Assembly: GCA_964640785.1 (NCBI GenBank)
Contig: CAZXIQ010000001.1
Span: 1-29,360 of the forward strand
Length of the DNA: 29,360 nt
Direction: 5' to 3'
Source: an uncultured Bacteroidaceae bacterium
GTDB lineage: Bacteria > Bacteroidota > Bacteroidia > Bacteroidales > Bacteroidaceae
Below, piece after piece: positions 25,273-29,360 of the stretch (positions are counted from its first letter, which is position 1; every line of letters starts with the position of its first letter). Both the position numbers and the translations under genes were made by a program. The notes under the pieces are model-generated. The model did no database searches, was not told the origin of the DNA, and was given only the letters and a program-made list of their open reading frames with translations.

Positions 25273-26595
25273 ATGGAAATATTTCTAATACGTGCCCTTC
25301 AACTGATTATGGCACTGAGCCTGCTGGTGCTTGTTCACGAATTCGGCCATTTTTTATTTTCAAGAATATTCAAAGTAAGAGTAGAAAAGTTCTATCTTTT
25401 CTTCGATTATAAATTCTCGCTCTTCAAATGGAAACCCAAGAACAGCGACACGGAATATGGTGTAGGATGGTTGCCATTAGGCGGATATTGCAAAATATCG
25501 GGCATGATAGATGAATCGATGGACATCGAGCAGATGAAACTCCCCCCACAACCCTATGAGTTTCGCGCAAAGCCCGCCTACCAACGTCTGTTAATAATGA
25601 TAGGCGGAGTGCTGTTCAACTTTATACTCGCCCTTTTCATCTACTCGATGATACTCTTCACATGGGGCGAAAGCTACTACGATGTACAAAAAGCCGGCTA
25701 CGGAATGGAATTTAACGAAAATGCCAAGGCATTGGGCTTTATCGATGGCGATATTTTGCTGCGCAGCGGTGGCGACGAACTGAAAAAATACGACGTAGAC
25801 CTGTTGCGAAAAATCATAGACGAGAAGAATGTTACAGTACTACGCGACGGGAAAGAGGCTACAATAGAGATACCCGAAGAGTTCGGCCTTCTTGACATAG
25901 GCAAAGAGAGCCCCTTCATGCAATACAGAATACCGGCAGTCATCGACAGCATTCTTCCGGGCAGCGCAGCAGCTATCGCAGGAGTGCAGCGTGGCGACAG
26001 CATCACAAATATTGCAGGAAAAAGCATAAATTCGTGGTACAAACTAATGACAGCCCTCGAAGACCTCAAAGCCACAGGCAACAACAAAGTAAACATCACA
26101 GCCATAAGAAACGGACAAGAGGTAATGCTCACAGCCAACGTAGACTCGACCTATAAATTGGGAGTAATGCCCCGCGACCTTGGCTACAAGCCCGTTGAAC
26201 TTAAATACGGATTCTTCGAGTCGTTCCCCGCCGGAGCAATATATGGCTGCAACGTACTCAAAGGCTACGTCAGCGACTTTAAATATGTATTTTCGAGCGA
26301 GGGCGCAAAGTCGGTGGGCATGTTCGGAACAATAGGCAGCATGTTCCCCTCTGTATGGGACTGGCACCGATTCTGGTTGATGACAGCCTTCCTTTCAATC
26401 GTTCTTGCCTTTATGAACATACTGCCGATACCCGCACTCGATGGCGGTCATGTACTATTCCTGCTTGTTGAGGTAATAACAGGACACAAGCCCAGCGACA
26501 AATTCCTTGAACGTGCACAAATGGTGGGAATGATGATACTCTTAGGGCTCTTCCTGCTCGCCACGTATAACGACATTACAAGATTCCTGTTCTAA
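25273..26595 (+). CDS. rseP: RIP metalloprotease RseP (M50 + PDZ)
   Basis: HEFGH, WLPLGGY, GGVLFN, PDZ region, NILPIPALDGGH. Follows dxr. Confidence 0.95.
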   Translation: MEIFLIRALQLIMALSLLVLVHEFGHFLFSRIFKVRVEKFYLFFDYKFSLFKWKPKNSDTEYGVGWLPLGGYCKISGMIDESMDIEQMKLPPQPYEFRAKPAYQRLLIMIGGVLFNFILALFIYSMILFTWGESYYDVQKAGYGMEFNENAKALGFIDGDILLRSGGDELKKYDVDLLRKIIDEKNVTVLRDGKEATIEIPEEFGLLDIGKESPFMQYRIPAVIDSILPGSAAAIAGVQRGDSITNIAGKSINSWYKLMTALEDLKATGNNKVNITAIRNGQEVMLTANVDSTYKLGVMPRDLGYKPVELKYGFFESFPAGAIYGCNVLKGYVSDFKYVFSSEGAKSVGMFGTIGSMFPSVWDWHRFWLMTAFLSIVLAFMNILPIPALDGGHVLFLLVEVITGHKPSDKFLERAQMVGMMILLGLFLLATYNDITRFLF

Positions 26596-27833
26596 TGAAA
26601 AAAACATTCTGCTTAGTGGCCATCACAGCAACAATATTATCCTGCGGCACAGCCACACAAACTGCACACAGCGCGCAGCCTGCCATGCAAGAGACACAGC
26701 TTAGCGACAGCGAGCGCGAAACAGCACGCGAGGCAAACAAATTCTCGCTAAGGCTGTTTGCGCACATATATAAAGAGGAGAAAGGCAACGACAACTTCTG
26801 CCTGTCGCCCCTAAGTGCATCGTGGGCACTGTCGATGGCAGCCAACGGTGCAGACGGCGCAACACGCGACCAAATGTACGCAACATTAGGATTCAAAGAG
26901 AGCGATGCAGAAAAAATAAACTCTTACCAACAAAAAATAATTGCACGATTGGCAAGCCTCGACCCCGAAAGAGTAACAGTGGGCATTGCAAATTCAATGT
27001 GGGTGAACGAAAATTTCAAAATAAAGAAAGAGTTTATAAAGAGCAACACAAAATTCTACGACGCAACCATAAAGAATATCAAATTCGACCCAGCGACAGT
27101 AAAAGCCATAAACGATTGGTGCGCACAAACAACACAAGGGAAAATTTCCGAAATAATAAAAGAGATTAGCCCTATGACGCAACTGCTCTTGATAAACGCC
27201 CTCTATTTTAACGGCCGCTGGACAAAGACATTCAACAAACTGGCCACAAAAGAGGAAGAATTCACCAAAGAGAATGGCGAGAAGGTAAAAGTGCAAATGA
27301 TGCACCAAAATACAAAGCTCTACTATTTCGACAATGAAAATATACAAATGGCAGTAAAGCCATTCGGACAGGAAAAGTTTGACATGCTATTCATACTGCC
27401 GCGCGAAGGAGTGGCGATGGACGAATGCGTGGCACAGCTCGAAGAGAGCCTCGACACGTGGTTCGCAAAGAGCGAAAAGGAAGAGGTAAACTTAAGCCTC
27501 CCACGCTACAAGGCCGAGTATGGAACAAGCCTGAAAACCACATTGCAGAGCATGGGCATGAGCGACGCCTTTTCTCCTGTAAAAGCAAACTTCCAAGCAC
27601 TGAGCAAAGAGGCTCTGTGCATAGGTGACGTGCTACAAAAAACCTTTGTAAAGGTAGACGAGGAGGGAGCCGAGGCAGCAGCCGTAACATCCGTCACACT
27701 GATGACAATGGCAGCAGGCCCACCACAGCCAAAAAACATGGTGCTTAACCGCCCATTCTTATATATAATAAGGGAAAGAGGAACAGGAAACATCCTTTTC
27801 ATCGGCAAGAACGGCCATCCTAAAGAACAATAA
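26595..27833 (+). CDS. Serpin-family lipoprotein (serine protease inhibitor)
   Basis: Lipobox ILS-C. NFCLSPLS, INALYFNGRW, LPRYK, hinge VDEEGAEAAAVT, NRPFLYII, ILFIG. TAATG overlap with rseP. Confidence 0.95.
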   Translation: MKKTFCLVAITATILSCGTATQTAHSAQPAMQETQLSDSERETAREANKFSLRLFAHIYKEEKGNDNFCLSPLSASWALSMAANGADGATRDQMYATLGFKESDAEKINSYQQKIIARLASLDPERVTVGIANSMWVNENFKIKKEFIKSNTKFYDATIKNIKFDPATVKAINDWCAQTTQGKISEIIKEISPMTQLLLINALYFNGRWTKTFNKLATKEEEFTKENGEKVKVQMMHQNTKLYYFDNENIQMAVKPFGQEKFDMLFILPREGVAMDECVAQLEESLDTWFAKSEKEEVNLSLPRYKAEYGTSLKTTLQSMGMSDAFSPVKANFQALSKEALCIGDVLQKTFVKVDEEGAEAAAVTSVTLMTMAAGPPQPKNMVLNRPFLYIIRERGTGNILFIGKNGHPKEQ

Positions 27834-27867
27834 TTATATTATAACCAACAAAATAAAACCAAAAAAA

Positions 27868-29244
27868 ATGAAAAGATTATTTGGAACATGCTTGCTGTTG
27901 CTGGTAGTATTGGCAAGCTTTGCAAAAACCCCGAAGTATGTATTTTACTTTATCGGTGACGGAATGGGACCCTCACACGTGCTTGGTACAGAACTTTACT
28001 TGGGCGAGCTTAAAGGAGAAATAGGACGCCCCGAGAAACTCTGTTTCACACAATTCACCAATAGTGCGCTTGTAACAACATTCTCGGCGAGCAACGGTGT
28101 TACCGACTCGGCAGCATCGGGCACAGCCCTTGCGACAGGCAACAAGACAAAGAACGGCTATTTAGGTGTAACAATGGATGGCACACCCGTATACAGCGTT
28201 GCACACGCAGCCAAAGAAGCGGGCTACGCAGTGGGAGTATCGACAACAGTGGGAATCAACCACGCTACACCCGGAGCATTCTATGCCCACCAGCCGGGAC
28301 GCTCACGTTACGACGAGATTGGAAAAGACATGGTAACAGCAGGTTACGACTTCTACGCCGGCGGTGACCTTTTAGGCTCGGCCGAGAACCGCGAGGCAGT
28401 GTACAAAAGCGCGCAAGAGCAAGGCTACACTATTGCCAGAGGTTTCGAGGACTACAAACAGAATGGCAAAAATGCCAAAAAGTTGATGCTCTACCAAAAA
28501 GAGATTGCAACAGAGCTTCCCTACGCCATCGACCGCGAGGAGGGCGACCTTACATTGGCACAAATTACCGAGGCCGGAATTGAACACCTAAGCAAAAAAA
28601 GCAAAAAAGGATTCTTCCTTATGGTCGAGGGCGGCAAGATAGACTTTGCATCACACGCCGATGACGGTGCAACCATGCTCAACGAAGTAATAGACTTCGA
28701 CAATGCCATAAAGGTAGCATACGAATTCTACAAAAAACGCCCCAACGAAACACTTATTTTAGTAACAGCCGACCACGAGACAGGCGGCCTTGTACTCGGT
28801 TACAGCAGTGCATACGCACTTAACCTCAAGCTCCTTGCAGCTCAAAAAGTGAGCGCCGAAAAAATGGGCTCTATCTTGCGTCGTGCAAGCCGCGCAAAAA
28901 TGGAATTGCGCTGGGAGCGAGTACAGGAACTGTTGAAAGAGAACTTCGGCCTTTGGGACAAAGTGGAGCTTTCAAAAGAGGAAACTCACGAGCTTAGAGC
29001 ATACTTTGAGCAGGCATACGCAACAACAGACATTGCCAAACGCGAGAGCAAACTTACATCGCTTGCCACAAGAGCCAAACAGATGATTAACCACAAGGCA
29101 CTTCTCTCATGGGCAGGCCCCAACCACTCGGCAAGTTTCGTACCTATCTTTGCCATAGGTGCAGGAGCAGAGAAGTTCGACGGAGTAATCGACAACACCG
29201 ACATTCCCAAAATGATAAAGAAAATAGCAAAATACGGAAAATAA
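27868..29244 (+). CDS. Alkaline phosphatase (PhoA family)
   Basis: IGDGMG, VTDSAAS, HATPGAFYAH, VEGGKIDFASHADD, TADHETGG. Signal peptide. Confidence 0.94.
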   Translation: MKRLFGTCLLLLVVLASFAKTPKYVFYFIGDGMGPSHVLGTELYLGELKGEIGRPEKLCFTQFTNSALVTTFSASNGVTDSAASGTALATGNKTKNGYLGVTMDGTPVYSVAHAAKEAGYAVGVSTTVGINHATPGAFYAHQPGRSRYDEIGKDMVTAGYDFYAGGDLLGSAENREAVYKSAQEQGYTIARGFEDYKQNGKNAKKLMLYQKEIATELPYAIDREEGDLTLAQITEAGIEHLSKKSKKGFFLMVEGGKIDFASHADDGATMLNEVIDFDNAIKVAYEFYKKRPNETLILVTADHETGGLVLGYSSAYALNLKLLAAQKVSAEKMGSILRRASRAKMELRWERVQELLKENFGLWDKVELSKEETHELRAYFEQAYATTDIAKRESKLTSLATRAKQMINHKALLSWAGPNHSASFVPIFAIGAGAEKFDGVIDNTDIPKMIKKIAKYGK

Positions 29245-29280
29245 TCAACTTTCCGATTACTGCTCTAAAAATTCAACGAT

Positions 29281-29326
29281 AGAAATTTAAACAGTTTCTT
29301 ATTGTTGGGGACTATCCATAATTTTG
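29281..29326 (+). promoter_or_regulatory. Putative operator plus -7 box for a gene beyond the window
   Basis: agaaatttaaacagtttctta (29281-29301), 17-nt spacer, TAATTTTG (29319-29326). Confidence 0.55.
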
Positions 29327-29360
29327 TGTAAATAGAGATTACAGGGTTCAAGATACGAAC

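Noticed and set aside
1..29360. A/C-rich plus strand, CRISPR arrays, rRNA, prophage or intact defence systems
   Set aside because: The skew fits ordinary replication strand bias. No repeat-spacer arrays, RNA genes, integrases or intact defence genes were recognised.

Overview
Chromosomal window from a Bacteroidales bacterium, judged from TAnnTTTG promoters, no Shine-Dalgarno sites and the conserved yicC/tsaB/murA gene order. The left ~16.7 kb is accessory. It holds two minus-strand carbohydrate operons with no SusC/SusD pair in view. The first has a CBM + M60-like metallopeptidase, an uncharacterised six-hairpin glycosidase-like protein, a GH110 alpha-galactosidase and two tandem SASA O-acetylesterases. 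The second has a retaining-type GH97, a third SASA esterase and a GDSL/SGNH esterase. Between them is a ~4 kb mosaic: an AT-rich Cys-rich lipoprotein, a DASS transporter with a DcaP-like porin, and a TIR-domain gene remnant missing from the ORF track. The right ~12.5 kb is core genome: yicC-gmk-nadD-MORN divergent from tsaB-DUF4290-murA-rimM-M23-dxr-rseP, then a lipoprotein serpin and an alkaline phosphatase. The main non-obvious signals are a ~21-bp motif repeated just upstream of two -7 boxes 12.5 kb apart, a 260-bp near-identical tract between otherwise diverged esterase paralogs, a dispersed palindrome family, a hairpin element in the tsaB leader and a probably inactive M23. No rRNA, tRNA, CRISPR array or intact transposase was seen. 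All family assignments come from motif recognition, not database searches.
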